Shown: positions 1 to 9,004 of the stretch, piece after piece
How positions within the stretch are numbered: position 1 is the stretch's first letter
Layout of the letters: each line of letters begins with the position of its first letter
Source of the DNA: an uncultured virus (IMG/VR IMGVR_UViG_3300025652_007805)
Lineage: Duplodnaviria; Heunggongvirae; Uroviricota; Caudoviricetes
Reading direction: 5' to 3' (one strand)
Length of the DNA: 20,000 nt
Virus record (IMG/VR): IMGVR_UViG_3300025652_007805
Span: 55,097-75,096 of that record
Program-made: the position numbers and the translations under genes
The notes under the pieces: generated by a model
Database searches by the model: none
Seen by the model: only the letters and a program-made list of their open reading frames with translations
What the model was told of the DNA's origin: nothing

Positions 1-164
1 TTATGTTGAGCAGTATCGTGTCCAAGAAAAAAACAATTGTCAATTATTCTAATATCTGTTTCTACATCGTATCCCATAGAAATAGCACTATCAATATAGA
101 TAGGGTCGTTTTCTAAAGCAATATTTTTACCACTTATATTTCCTCTATGAGAAATGAAAATCAT
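1..164 (-). CDS. GDPD/PLC-like phosphodiesterase family protein (partial, runs off the window's left edge)
   Basis: Not in the ORF track. Hand translation from the ATG at 164 (ATGA overlap with the stop at 161-163) gives MIFISHRGNISGKNIALENDPIYIDSAISMGYDVETDIRIIDNCFFLGHDTAQH. The HRG...EN...ExD...GHD pattern is typical of GDPD/PI-PLC-like TIM-barrel phosphodiesterases. Confidence 0.75.
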   Translation of the reverse strand, partial: MIFISHRGNISGKNIALENDPIYIDSAISMGYDVETDIRIIDNCFFLGHDTAQH

Positions 165-868
165 GACTTTATAACATACGCAGAGGGGCAAATATAATTC
201 AAAGATTTTACTTGAACATTTTTATTTTTAAAAAACTTATCAACACCTTCAGATTCCGACCATTTATGAAAAGCATATTCGTCAAACACAACTATCCCAC
301 CACTCACAACTCTATCCCACATATTTTTTAAAGTTTCATAAGTTGGCTCCCCTAGGTCTAAATCAATATACAATAGAGAAATTCTAAACCCTGGTCTTTC
401 GGAAACAAATTGCTTGGTCGTCTCAATAACATCCCCCGCCACTAAATCAAATTCATGTTCCATAAATCCCATATTTTTGATATTTTCAGAAAAGTATTTT
501 ACGCAATTACTACTATGTTCGAAATTCCTATCTTTAAATAATGTACTCATTGCCTCTTTATCGATACCACTGAGAGATTCAATCAATTTTTTAGAATTAT
601 AAAAGTCAAAACCAATTACTTTTTTAAGTGTATTCGGGCACAAATATTTTTTTAATTTAAGGAAAGTTAGAAGACCAGTTCCCTTAAATACACCGCATTC
701 AACTATGTCTCCAGGTAAATCCTTAACTTGATTAAAAAGAAGCGTCCTAGCTAAAAGTTTTCCAAATATTTTTGTATCTGAACTTAATATAAATCCGTTG
801 AAATTATCATAAAGTTTTTGATCTATATCTATAATTTCTAAATCTTTTAAATTCATTTTATTTGCCAT
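161..868 (-). CDS. TylF/MycF/NovP-family sugar O-methyltransferase
   Basis: Motifs GDIVECGVFKG, IGFDF, ISLLYIDLDL.EPT and GGIVVFDEY; 235 aa. Confidence 0.85.
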   Translation of the reverse strand: MANKMNLKDLEIIDIDQKLYDNFNGFILSSDTKIFGKLLARTLLFNQVKDLPGDIVECGVFKGTGLLTFLKLKKYLCPNTLKKVIGFDFYNSKKLIESLSGIDKEAMSTLFKDRNFEHSSNCVKYFSENIKNMGFMEHEFDLVAGDVIETTKQFVSERPGFRISLLYIDLDLGEPTYETLKNMWDRVVSGGIVVFDEYAFHKWSESEGVDKFFKNKNVQVKSLNYICPSAYVIKS

Positions 869-2228
869 GATTCTTATTAAAATTATCTAAATCTTCAGGT
901 GTTCCAATGCCCCACATTCCTTCAAAATGAAATGTTTTAATTTTTTTACCTGCTTCTATGGCTTGATTAAAAACAGGGCAAACATAAAATTCATTATTAA
1001 ATCTTACATTTTTTTCAATCATTTGTTCGGCATACTTAACATAATCACTTCCATGCTTCCAATAATAGATTCCTGCTGTGGCTATATCACTAATTGGTTT
1101 CTTTTCTGCTACTTCGGTCACTAAGCCGTCAATATTTGTCTTAGCAAAACTCCACTTTGGGTGAGTTGCTTTAAATGTTAACATTCCACCATCAATGCCA
1201 TCTGCTTCCATAGAATACATAAATTCATTACTATCCCAGTCTAAGAATTGATCAGAGTTAGCAAATATTAGAGGATCTTCATTGTTGATAAATTCTTTTG
1301 CTAGCAAAGTTGTGCATGCAGCACCCTCCGTCATTCCATCTACTTGGACAATTTCACAATCTGGTGAAATTAAATTTAAAAGGTGTTTTAAATTATAATT
1401 TTCATAATGTTCTTTCTGGACGACAAAAATATGTCTTGCATCTATGTTCAAGTTTTCAACCACTAGTTGAATCATTGGTTTGCCACGAACCTCTATTAGA
1501 GGCTTGGGGAAAGTATAGCCAGCTTTTGCAAATCTAGATCCAGCACCGGCCATTGGTATTAATACGTTCATTTTTCCTCCCTGCCATTTTGGTTTAATAT
1601 TCTCTTTGCTATCAATCTGATTAATTTGATTTTTTATCTTTTCATATGTCACATCTGAGGTGTTTTTAACAGCACACAGGTGGCCGCCACTATTAATTGC
1701 TGCTTTTCTTCCGTGATGAGAATCCTCAATTATAATAGTTTCGTTCGGATCAACATTCGCCCTCAACATACACCTTAAATAAATTTCAGAACTTGGTTTA
1801 GGTTTCGTTACATCTTGATTTGAATATAGAAAATCAATATATTCAAAAAAACCTTTTCTTATAAGTTGTAACTTTGCGGTTTTTCGTATAGAATTTGTTG
1901 CACAAGCAACCATATATCCATCATTTTTAAGTTTTTTTAATATATCACGCATTCTGCGGTCAATACTAAAGTTATCAATAATATCAACGGTTTTTTTCTG
2001 CTTTAATTTCCAAACAGCATCATGAAATTCTAAAGGAAGATTTTTATTTTGTGTCAACATTTTTAATTTTTTAGTTGTTGACAGTCCGTCATATAAAGAT
2101 AAGTGTTCTTGGCGTCCAATTATATACTTTTTATCAATATCTGATAAGGCCGCATTTAATGCTTCATAATGTATTTCTCTTGCATCAACAAGAACACCGT
2201 CTAAATCAAAAACTACTAATTTAATCAT
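858..2228 (-). CDS. Fusion of a HAD-family phosphatase (N-terminal) and a sugar-phosphate nucleotidyltransferase (C-terminal)
   Basis: HAD motifs FDLDGVLVD, ATNS, KPKP and IIEDS..G. Nucleotidyltransferase motifs IPMAGAGSRF...PKPLI, TEGAACT, ANSDQ, EKKPIS and GTPEDL. Confidence 0.85.
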   Translation of the reverse strand: MIKLVVFDLDGVLVDAREIHYEALNAALSDIDKKYIIGRQEHLSLYDGLSTTKKLKMLTQNKNLPLEFHDAVWKLKQKKTVDIIDNFSIDRRMRDILKKLKNDGYMVACATNSIRKTAKLQLIRKGFFEYIDFLYSNQDVTKPKPSSEIYLRCMLRANVDPNETIIIEDSHHGRKAAINSGGHLCAVKNTSDVTYEKIKNQINQIDSKENIKPKWQGGKMNVLIPMAGAGSRFAKAGYTFPKPLIEVRGKPMIQLVVENLNIDARHIFVVQKEHYENYNLKHLLNLISPDCEIVQVDGMTEGAACTTLLAKEFINNEDPLIFANSDQFLDWDSNEFMYSMEADGIDGGMLTFKATHPKWSFAKTNIDGLVTEVAEKKPISDIATAGIYYWKHGSDYVKYAEQMIEKNVRFNNEFYVCPVFNQAIEAGKKIKTFHFEGMWGIGTPEDLDNFNKNHGK

Positions 2229-3151
2229 TTTCTAAATTTTTCTCCTTTTTTGGTTGGATGTGTGTCTATATCACCACTTTTACCAAGATCTAACCAAGTA
2301 TCCCCTTTTCTCCATCCAATATAATTTTTATCAACAAGTTCTATATCTTTTTCAAAATAATAATATTGAACAAAATTTGGCACCATTGGTGGAGAAGGGG
2401 GGTTCTCAACAAAGTCTTTTGTCCAATTAGTAAGCCAACCATAATAAGCTGGTTGTTTTTTCCATGTATCTTTCCATTTCCAATAAAAAATCTGTGTTGT
2501 GTGATACCATGCTTCATCCCACAGGTCATTAGATTTTATTTTCATCCAATCAGAATTGTTTCCTTGGTATTCATTAGTATCCAATGGCAATGCATCATTG
2601 TTATTTAACAATCTACTATGTGAAATATCATTTATCATTGAATTATTTTTATTATATATTAATGCTCTAATATAATAATCAGCCTCTTTATTACCAGGGG
2701 TTAAGAATCTTTCATCCCACATACCAATTTTTTTAACAGCCTCTGGTCTGTAACTGATTATATTATCTCCGAGACAGCCGGTAACAAAAGTATATTTCTT
2801 ATGAAGTTTCAAAAGATTTGTTGCCCAATTAGGATGTAAAACAATATCATTTTGCATTGTTACAACAATTTTTGTTTCAGGGCTGTTCAGGTCTTTAAAC
2901 CCATGAACCAAGGCTTGGTTCCAGTTTCTAGCGAGATTACCGGTGTCCCAATCTGGTCTTGCATTGTTGTGAATAACATTTACTTTATCAACAAACTCTT
3001 CATCCAAGTGAAAGTCTGAGTGGTTGTTGATGATATTTACTTCTGTGTTTGGCACCAGTGAGAAGTCTGTTTTGTTGAATAAGGTGTCTAAGGTTTTGTT
3101 TAAAATTTCTTTTCTACGATATGTGACAATATAGACTTTTATGTTTTTCAT
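2225..3151 (-). CDS. Putative GT-A fold (GT2-like) glycosyltransferase
   Basis: Start reassigned to the ATG at 3151 (MKNIKVYIVTYRR). Shows IVTYRR...L, NIINN, G.LARNWN, QND, and KKIGMWDERF...EADYYIR, which are GT2-like motifs. Confidence 0.65.
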   Translation of the reverse strand: MKNIKVYIVTYRRKEILNKTLDTLFNKTDFSLVPNTEVNIINNHSDFHLDEEFVDKVNVIHNNARPDWDTGNLARNWNQALVHGFKDLNSPETKIVVTMQNDIVLHPNWATNLLKLHKKYTFVTGCLGDNIISYRPEAVKKIGMWDERFLTPGNKEADYYIRALIYNKNNSMINDISHSRLLNNNDALPLDTNEYQGNNSDWMKIKSNDLWDEAWYHTTQIFYWKWKDTWKKQPAYYGWLTNWTKDFVENPPSPPMVPNFVQYYYFEKDIELVDKNYIGWRKGDTWLDLGKSGDIDTHPTKKGEKFRK

Positions 3152-3788
3152 TTTTTCTCTTTTGAAATTTTTTCCAATCTTCTTCTGTATCAATGTCAGC
3201 ATTTTCTGGTTCTGGTACTTCAAAAAAATATGGATTTTTACCAATTCTATTGCCTGTCTTTAAAAGAACATCTGGTTCAAATATATAAAAAGCCGAATTC
3301 TCTTCGTAATACTTTGGTAAATCTTGTGTTTGTTCTAATTTTAATGGATTATGATTCACAGGACAAAATCCATAATTTTCTTTTCGCCAAAATCTTGTTT
3401 GATAAACATTACAAGAAACAATAGAATCATAATCACCTATCATATTATAACATGTTTTAACAGTAGACGCAAGTAAAAAAGGAGAAGTGACATGAATTTG
3501 TGCTATAGGGTCTTTAATATTATATTTTAATATAAAGTTTTTTATAAGATCACATACTGAAACAGTATCGCCAATTAATGTTTCTTCTCTTTTGAAAACC
3601 TCTACATTAGACAGCCTAGGATCTTCTTTTATCCCATTATATATTTCATCACTATCAGTATCCACAAACACTCTTTCATTAGTGTATTTAAGTAATGTGT
3701 GCTTATAGAGAGGATTATTATCAAAGGTTCTAAAATTTTTTCTTGGTACTCTCTGGGAATTATGTTTTATTGGTATAAAAACATTCAC
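3114..3788 (-). CDS. Acylneuraminate cytidylyltransferase (NeuA/CMP-ulosonate synthetase) family protein, divergent
   Basis: GTG start overlapping the upstream TGA. Motifs IPIKHNSQRVPRKNFR, VDTDS, HVTSPFL, TQDLP.YYEENSAFY and DIDTEEDW. Confidence 0.85.
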   Translation of the reverse strand: MNVFIPIKHNSQRVPRKNFRTFDNNPLYKHTLLKYTNERVFVDTDSDEIYNGIKEDPRLSNVEVFKREETLIGDTVSVCDLIKNFILKYNIKDPIAQIHVTSPFLLASTVKTCYNMIGDYDSIVSCNVYQTRFWRKENYGFCPVNHNPLKLEQTQDLPKYYEENSAFYIFEPDVLLKTGNRIGKNPYFFEVPEPENADIDTEEDWKKFQKRKNEKHKSLYCHIS

Positions 3789-4966
3789 TGTATTTCTTCT
3801 AAAGCCTCTTTAATAAGTTGACAACCATAATTTGCATCTTCTTCGTTTATAAAGAGATTTGGTCGGAGTCGTATAGATTTAACACCAGTTGAATTGCAAA
3901 TCATTCCTTTGTTTCGTAAAACTTTCATAAATTTATCTCTTGTCTTGCAACTTTCCATATCAAAGCCAATTATAAGACCTTGAGATCTCAGCCCTTCAAT
4001 ACCGCCAATCTTTGATAAAAGGCCAGTTATTTGTTTTCCTCTTTTATTTACATTTTCTAAAATATTATTCTTTTTGAAAGATTTAATAATATGCTTGCAT
4101 CTTATCATATCAATAGTATCTGAATTCCATGTTACTTCTAAACGATTAACATGTTCGCGATCAAAGATACCATTTAATTTTTCTATCGCCATTAATCCTG
4201 AAACTTGGGTCTTTTTTCCAAATAGAACAATATCGGGGATAATATCTAAATGTTCAAAAAACCATAGTTTTCCTGTTGTTCCGAATCCAATCTGTATCTC
4301 ATCAAAAATCAAAGGTACATCATATTTGTTACATAAACTCCTTATTTTGTTAAAAAAATCATGAGAATGATGAATATCACCAGCAGTACATTGAATTGGT
4401 TCAACTATGATACAAGTAACTGGGTTTTCATTATTTGATAAATGTTGTTCAACTTGCTCTAAATCATAGTCACATTTAGTTGAGAATAGTTCTGGTAGAC
4501 CTTTCAATCTAGGGAGAGAAGAAAAAAATCTATCTGTTACAAATCCTCCGTAACTATTGACACCATGAAAGCTGTTCTTAAAAGATAGGACATTTAAATT
4601 TTTATAGTTTTTATAGTGCAAGCAAGTTTTAATGGCTGCTTCAACAGCCAAAGCACCTGTTGAACAATAATGAAAATTAGAATATATTCCCTTTCCACAA
4701 TATTCAGAAAATACATTATCAAAGTCTTCTGTTTCTGATGAGATAAATTCGCAATTTGTAACTTTTATATTTGCACATTTTAATATTTCATCGTTAAATT
4801 CATCGCTTTTTAAGTCTGGGTGGTTGTATCCTAGCGGTAAAGAAGCGTACATACCAAAAAAATCTAAATAAGATTTTTTTGAATTTTTATCATAAATGTA
4901 AGATCCTGTGCTTTTTTCAAAATCCACTTTAATATTAAAAATGCTTCCCCTTGCTACATTAGCCAT
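3785..4966 (-). CDS. Class III PLP-dependent aminotransferase, most like L-lysine 6-transaminase
   Basis: Start reassigned to the ATG at 4966, which has GGAGA upstream. Motifs YLDFFGMYASLPLGYNHP, GALAVEAAIK, FHG, EPIQ, DEIQIGFGTTG, FGKKTQV (PLP lysine) and TW. Confidence 0.85.
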   Translation of the reverse strand: MANVARGSIFNIKVDFEKSTGSYIYDKNSKKSYLDFFGMYASLPLGYNHPDLKSDEFNDEILKCANIKVTNCEFISSETEDFDNVFSEYCGKGIYSNFHYCSTGALAVEAAIKTCLHYKNYKNLNVLSFKNSFHGVNSYGGFVTDRFFSSLPRLKGLPELFSTKCDYDLEQVEQHLSNNENPVTCIIVEPIQCTAGDIHHSHDFFNKIRSLCNKYDVPLIFDEIQIGFGTTGKLWFFEHLDIIPDIVLFGKKTQVSGLMAIEKLNGIFDREHVNRLEVTWNSDTIDMIRCKHIIKSFKKNNILENVNKRGKQITGLLSKIGGIEGLRSQGLIIGFDMESCKTRDKFMKVLRNKGMICNSTGVKSIRLRPNLFINEEDANYGCQLIKEALEEIQ

Positions 4967-6098
4967 TCTTGTGTTCTCCATCTGGGTAAGTGTGAACCAC
5001 GTCATCCCTACTAACGGCTAATCTTATAGATTGTTCGTTACCTGTTCCTGTAATTTTATGATTTATTCCTTTTGGAATAAAAACAAAATCACCTTTTTTT
5101 ACAATATGAACTTCGCCATCTATTTCCCATTCCCATTGTCCTTTGAGAATATACCACCATTCGTTCCAATCTGGATGATAGTGTCTTCTGTTTCCTTGTC
5201 CTGGCATTTGAGCAATTAATGTTGCACTATTATTTTCTGTATTGATGACTCGGTGGCACCAGCTAGATTGATCATCGTTTTTTTCTAAAATTTCTTTTAT
5301 ATTAACAATTTTTTGATTTGATAAATTATAGCTTGAACTCTCAACTCCATCATTAGAAAGTATTTCAGGTACATCAACTTCTGAATGTTCTTCACCATAA
5401 TATCTTTTTGTAAAAATCTTATTCTTTGACAAACTTCTGGCTACAAATTCAGCCAATTGAAATTCCTCTTCATTATCAATATCTATAGTTGATAAGCCTT
5501 TTAAGGTGAAAAAATCTATTTTACCATCGCCGCCATGATAAGCGGCTCCGTATTTTTCTATATTTTTAAAATAATTATTCTTTCTCCAGCCCATTAAAGA
5601 ACAACCATATGCTTTAATGGGTTCAAGAGTTTGAGAAGGCGGTGTAATCTTTTTTTGATTAAAATTAATAGGCTTACCTTCGTACATGGATTCTATTTGA
5701 ACGTCTACCATTGAAATCAATGTGTCTAAACCATCATAAACAAATTTTTTAACAAAATCTTTGATCTCTGTTGAAGATATAAAAGGAGAAGTTGGAAGAA
5801 TCTGTATTACTATATCTGATTCTACATTTTTAAAAAAATCATTAGTAAATTCATCATTACTGGCCTCGTCTGAGGCGTAGTAAGCTGGTCGTTTGTAAAA
5901 ATTTACTCCCGATTCTATCGCAATTTTTTCAATTATTTCTCCATCAGAATTTACCCAAATTTCATCAAAACAATCAGCTTCTTTTACAGCATCAATGGCG
6001 TATTGAATTAATGGCTTTCCATTTAGTAATCTTATATTCTTTTTAGGTATTCTTTTACTTCCCATCCGAGCGGGTATCATAGCAACTATTTTTGACAT
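4959..6098 (-). CDS. NeuA-family cytidylyltransferase fused to a C-terminal cupin domain
   Basis: N-terminal motifs IPARMGSKRIPKKNIR, PTSPF and DIDNEEEF. C-terminal cupin motifs HYHPDWNEWWYILKG and GDFVFIPKGINH. SD AAGGA upstream. Confidence 0.85.
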   Translation of the reverse strand: MSKIVAMIPARMGSKRIPKKNIRLLNGKPLIQYAIDAVKEADCFDEIWVNSDGEIIEKIAIESGVNFYKRPAYYASDEASNDEFTNDFFKNVESDIVIQILPTSPFISSTEIKDFVKKFVYDGLDTLISMVDVQIESMYEGKPINFNQKKITPPSQTLEPIKAYGCSLMGWRKNNYFKNIEKYGAAYHGGDGKIDFFTLKGLSTIDIDNEEEFQLAEFVARSLSKNKIFTKRYYGEEHSEVDVPEILSNDGVESSSYNLSNQKIVNIKEILEKNDDQSSWCHRVINTENNSATLIAQMPGQGNRRHYHPDWNEWWYILKGQWEWEIDGEVHIVKKGDFVFIPKGINHKITGTGNEQSIRLAVSRDDVVHTYPDGEHKNG

Positions 6099-6107
6099 TT
6101 TTAATCC

Positions 6108-8018
6108 TTATTGTGTAGTGTGGTAAATTTTCGGTAGCTTTTTAAATTTGTCTATTCTGTCTGATAGAGACTTTTCGTACAATCTTATCTTAATTTCTTC
6201 ATCTAAAACAAATCTTGGATCCTTTTCTAAAACATTCTTACAATGCATAATCTGCGAGATTTGATCATGTAGCATGGTGTCAGGACCTAAGTATGTTCCA
6301 TCTCTTCCTTGAGCGGCTATATAAGCAGGGTTATATTTGTCTTTCATTTCTCTAACAACACCAAAATTATAAAAATCAACACCAAAGACGGCTAGCTCCT
6401 TTAGGGGACAAGATAAAAGATGACAAAGTGCTCCATATCCAGAATTGAAATTTCCAGAATAATAAGTGTACAAATCATCTTCTACTTTTTCAATATGGGG
6501 TTTAGCATAAACTTCCCAGTATAAAGACCATCTCTCCCAAGAGCCATCTTCATTCTGTAAATGAGCAAGAGGAACTCCATAATCTTTTAAATAATCGTCG
6601 TATTCTCTCACAACTGATAACCAGTTTCCACTTCCTGGGTGTGGGACTTCTCTAGCTACAGTGTCGTTACAGATTATAAATTTTGGTTTTTCCTCAGAAG
6701 ACTTGTTGTTTAAATATCTGGCTACTTTTGGACTGTATGCTGAGTTTAAGCAACTTTGAATTATGTCTGTTCTGCTTCCGAAATCTTTTGTGTCCCATAT
6801 TTCTGGTTGTATTCTTACTACAATATCATAGCTGTCTATTAATTTGCCTTTTGATTTTCCAACCAGATAAGAAGCAGGGCCAACAAATGCAACTCTTTTT
6901 CCTTTTAAATATTCTATTAAATCAGGGTTTGTTTTTGCATTTTTTACAAATAAAGAAGAATTGTTTTTCATTTTTTGATATATTTCAAGACATTCATTCA
7001 TTGTTATATTTCGTCTTTCAGTCAATTCATCATTAATTTTTTTACAAATCAAGGGCCAAGGGTTGTTTTTTGTTTTTAATTTTTCAAACGTGACCTCTCT
7101 TCTCAAGACCTCTTCAATATCTTTAATAAACAAGTCGTCTAATATTTCAAATTGTTTTTCAATTGGTTTTTGTTTGTTTAAGAAAAATTGATGTTCCAAG
7201 TCAAATACTTTTTCAATCTTATCTTGTTTATAATAAATCACATCTCTAGGGGATCGTGATGGGGTTATATTTTTGTTTTTCAACAAATCAACAAAAACAT
7301 TTTTTATAAATAAGCTATCTTCTAAATCTTTATCAGTTCTTTTGTGATGATTCAAAATAGCTTTCATTTTAAAAGAAGAGCTAATCCATTTCCACATCTC
7401 GTCCATTTTATATTTAGAAAAAGCCCCGTCTTTGTTATAGATTGCCTGTGGGTCGCTGACTCCATTATCATAAATCATTTTATGACTACAAATGACATTT
7501 TTTAAAAATGGTATTTCCTGAATATTAAACATATGGCAAGAATCTACATTAACAGAGAAATCAGTGCAAAGGGGGAAAAACCATTTTATTAAAGAGTGGT
7601 GAATGATTTTCAAACCGAAATGTGTAAACGGAATACATGAATAATCTTTACTGTTGAAGTATTCCAAATCAGTTGCATATGGTGTTTCTAAATTTGTACC
7701 AGGATAATAAGTTAAAACAGCAGGATTCATTTCTAAATCCTCTATTATTTGTTCTAACACATTTAAATCCCTCTGTGGTCTGAATATATAATCATAATCT
7801 ACCAAAGCATAATAATCATATTTTTTCTCAACCATTTCAATCAATAAGTTTCTAGTTTCAGCCCACATTGTGTTTGGACAATGTTTCATGGCTTCAGGGT
7901 TTTCTTTATCATGTGTTACAAAATAAAAATCACAATCTTCTTTATTTTTGAAATAAGAGACATGATCTTGGTTCGGATCAGACGGAGTAACCTGTAATAC
8001 GCATAATCTTTTATTCAC
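6108..8018 (-). CDS. Two-domain glycosyltransferase: N-terminal GT-A-like domain plus C-terminal GT29 (sialyltransferase)-like domain
   Basis: GTG start (TAGTG overlap). N-terminal part has ETRN.L and VDYDY (DxD). C-terminal part has KRVAFVGPASYL...G.LIDSYDIVVRI...DFGSRTD (sialylmotif-L-like) and NSGYGAL..LL....ELAVFGVDFY (sialylmotif-S-like), followed by a downstream His (HDQ). Confidence 0.65.
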   Translation of the reverse strand: MNKRLCVLQVTPSDPNQDHVSYFKNKEDCDFYFVTHDKENPEAMKHCPNTMWAETRNLLIEMVEKKYDYYALVDYDYIFRPQRDLNVLEQIIEDLEMNPAVLTYYPGTNLETPYATDLEYFNSKDYSCIPFTHFGLKIIHHSLIKWFFPLCTDFSVNVDSCHMFNIQEIPFLKNVICSHKMIYDNGVSDPQAIYNKDGAFSKYKMDEMWKWISSSFKMKAILNHHKRTDKDLEDSLFIKNVFVDLLKNKNITPSRSPRDVIYYKQDKIEKVFDLEHQFFLNKQKPIEKQFEILDDLFIKDIEEVLRREVTFEKLKTKNNPWPLICKKINDELTERRNITMNECLEIYQKMKNNSSLFVKNAKTNPDLIEYLKGKRVAFVGPASYLVGKSKGKLIDSYDIVVRIQPEIWDTKDFGSRTDIIQSCLNSAYSPKVARYLNNKSSEEKPKFIICNDTVAREVPHPGSGNWLSVVREYDDYLKDYGVPLAHLQNEDGSWERWSLYWEVYAKPHIEKVEDDLYTYYSGNFNSGYGALCHLLSCPLKELAVFGVDFYNFGVVREMKDKYNPAYIAAQGRDGTYLGPDTMLHDQISQIMHCKNVLEKDPRFVLDEEIKIRLYEKSLSDRIDKFKKLPKIYHTTQ

Positions 8019-9004
8019 TATAATATTCCTTTTGTATCTGAGTTTTTATTATACCAAATGTCGTACCACTTTATTGTCTCAGTTAATCCATTTAATAAAT
8101 TTGTTTTTGGAGAGTAATTTATTTGTTTTCTAAGTTTTGTCAAGTCAGGACATCTTCTTTCTACGCTCCCGTTTGGTGCTCTTCTTATATCATAAAGACC
8201 TTCTAAATTATAGTAATTGTTTACTATTTCTGCAACTTCTGATATTTTGACTTCTTCTTCATCATTTCCAATATGAAAAATGCCATTAATGTTTTTTGTA
8301 GATAACAAATATGTAGCCTCAACAGCGTCTTCTACATAACAGAAAGCTCTTGTCTGGTCAGATCCATAAATTTTAAATGGCTGTTCTCCATCTTTTGCTC
8401 TTTTTATAAATTGTGGCATAACATGCTTAGTACCCATTCTTGGCCCATACACATTATGATACCTTATTATTTGATAATCTAATGAATACTGCTTGTGGTA
8501 GCTATTAATCATTATCTCGCATGCTAGTTTGCTACCTCCATAGGAAAATCTTTCATTTAAAACATTCTCTATTGTACATGAAATATTTTCCCCTGTGGGG
8601 ATTAAATTATCATTGTTTTTAATTGTTCCAGCATATACTTCAGATGACGAGGAAAATACAAATTTTGTTTTTTTATTTAAATGTTCCAACAAATTCATTG
8701 TGCTCTTTAAAGCAACTTCAAAAACAGAATAAGGAATTTTATAAAAATTTTCAGTTCCATTTATTGCTGCTAGGTGATAAACAACATCATAATCAGTATC
8801 TAATTTAGACATTTCACTTTTGACTGTTAAATCCATTTTGATAAATTTAACATTGTATTCTTCAATCAAAGAAGAGATAAACTCATCATTTCTTCCTCTT
8901 AAATTATTATCACAGATATGTACTGTGTTGTTTTTTAAAGCACAATGTTTTGCTAAATGAGCACCTATAAATCCAGTACCGCCAGTAATCAAAATTTTCA
9001 TCAT
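8018..9004 (-). CDS. NAD-dependent NDP-sugar epimerase/dehydratase/decarboxylase (extended SDR, UDP-glucuronate decarboxylase-like)
   Basis: Motifs ITGGTGFIG, HLAA, SSSEVY, YGGSK (YxxxK), RYHNVYGPRM, QTRAFCYV.D and RRCPD. Confidence 0.85.
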   Translation of the reverse strand: MMKILITGGTGFIGAHLAKHCALKNNTVHICDNNLRGRNDEFISSLIEEYNVKFIKMDLTVKSEMSKLDTDYDVVYHLAAINGTENFYKIPYSVFEVALKSTMNLLEHLNKKTKFVFSSSSEVYAGTIKNNDNLIPTGENISCTIENVLNERFSYGGSKLACEIMINSYHKQYSLDYQIIRYHNVYGPRMGTKHVMPQFIKRAKDGEQPFKIYGSDQTRAFCYVEDAVEATYLLSTKNINGIFHIGNDEEEVKISEVAEIVNNYYNLEGLYDIRRAPNGSVERRCPDLTKLRKQINYSPKTNLLNGLTETIKWYDIWYNKNSDTKGIL

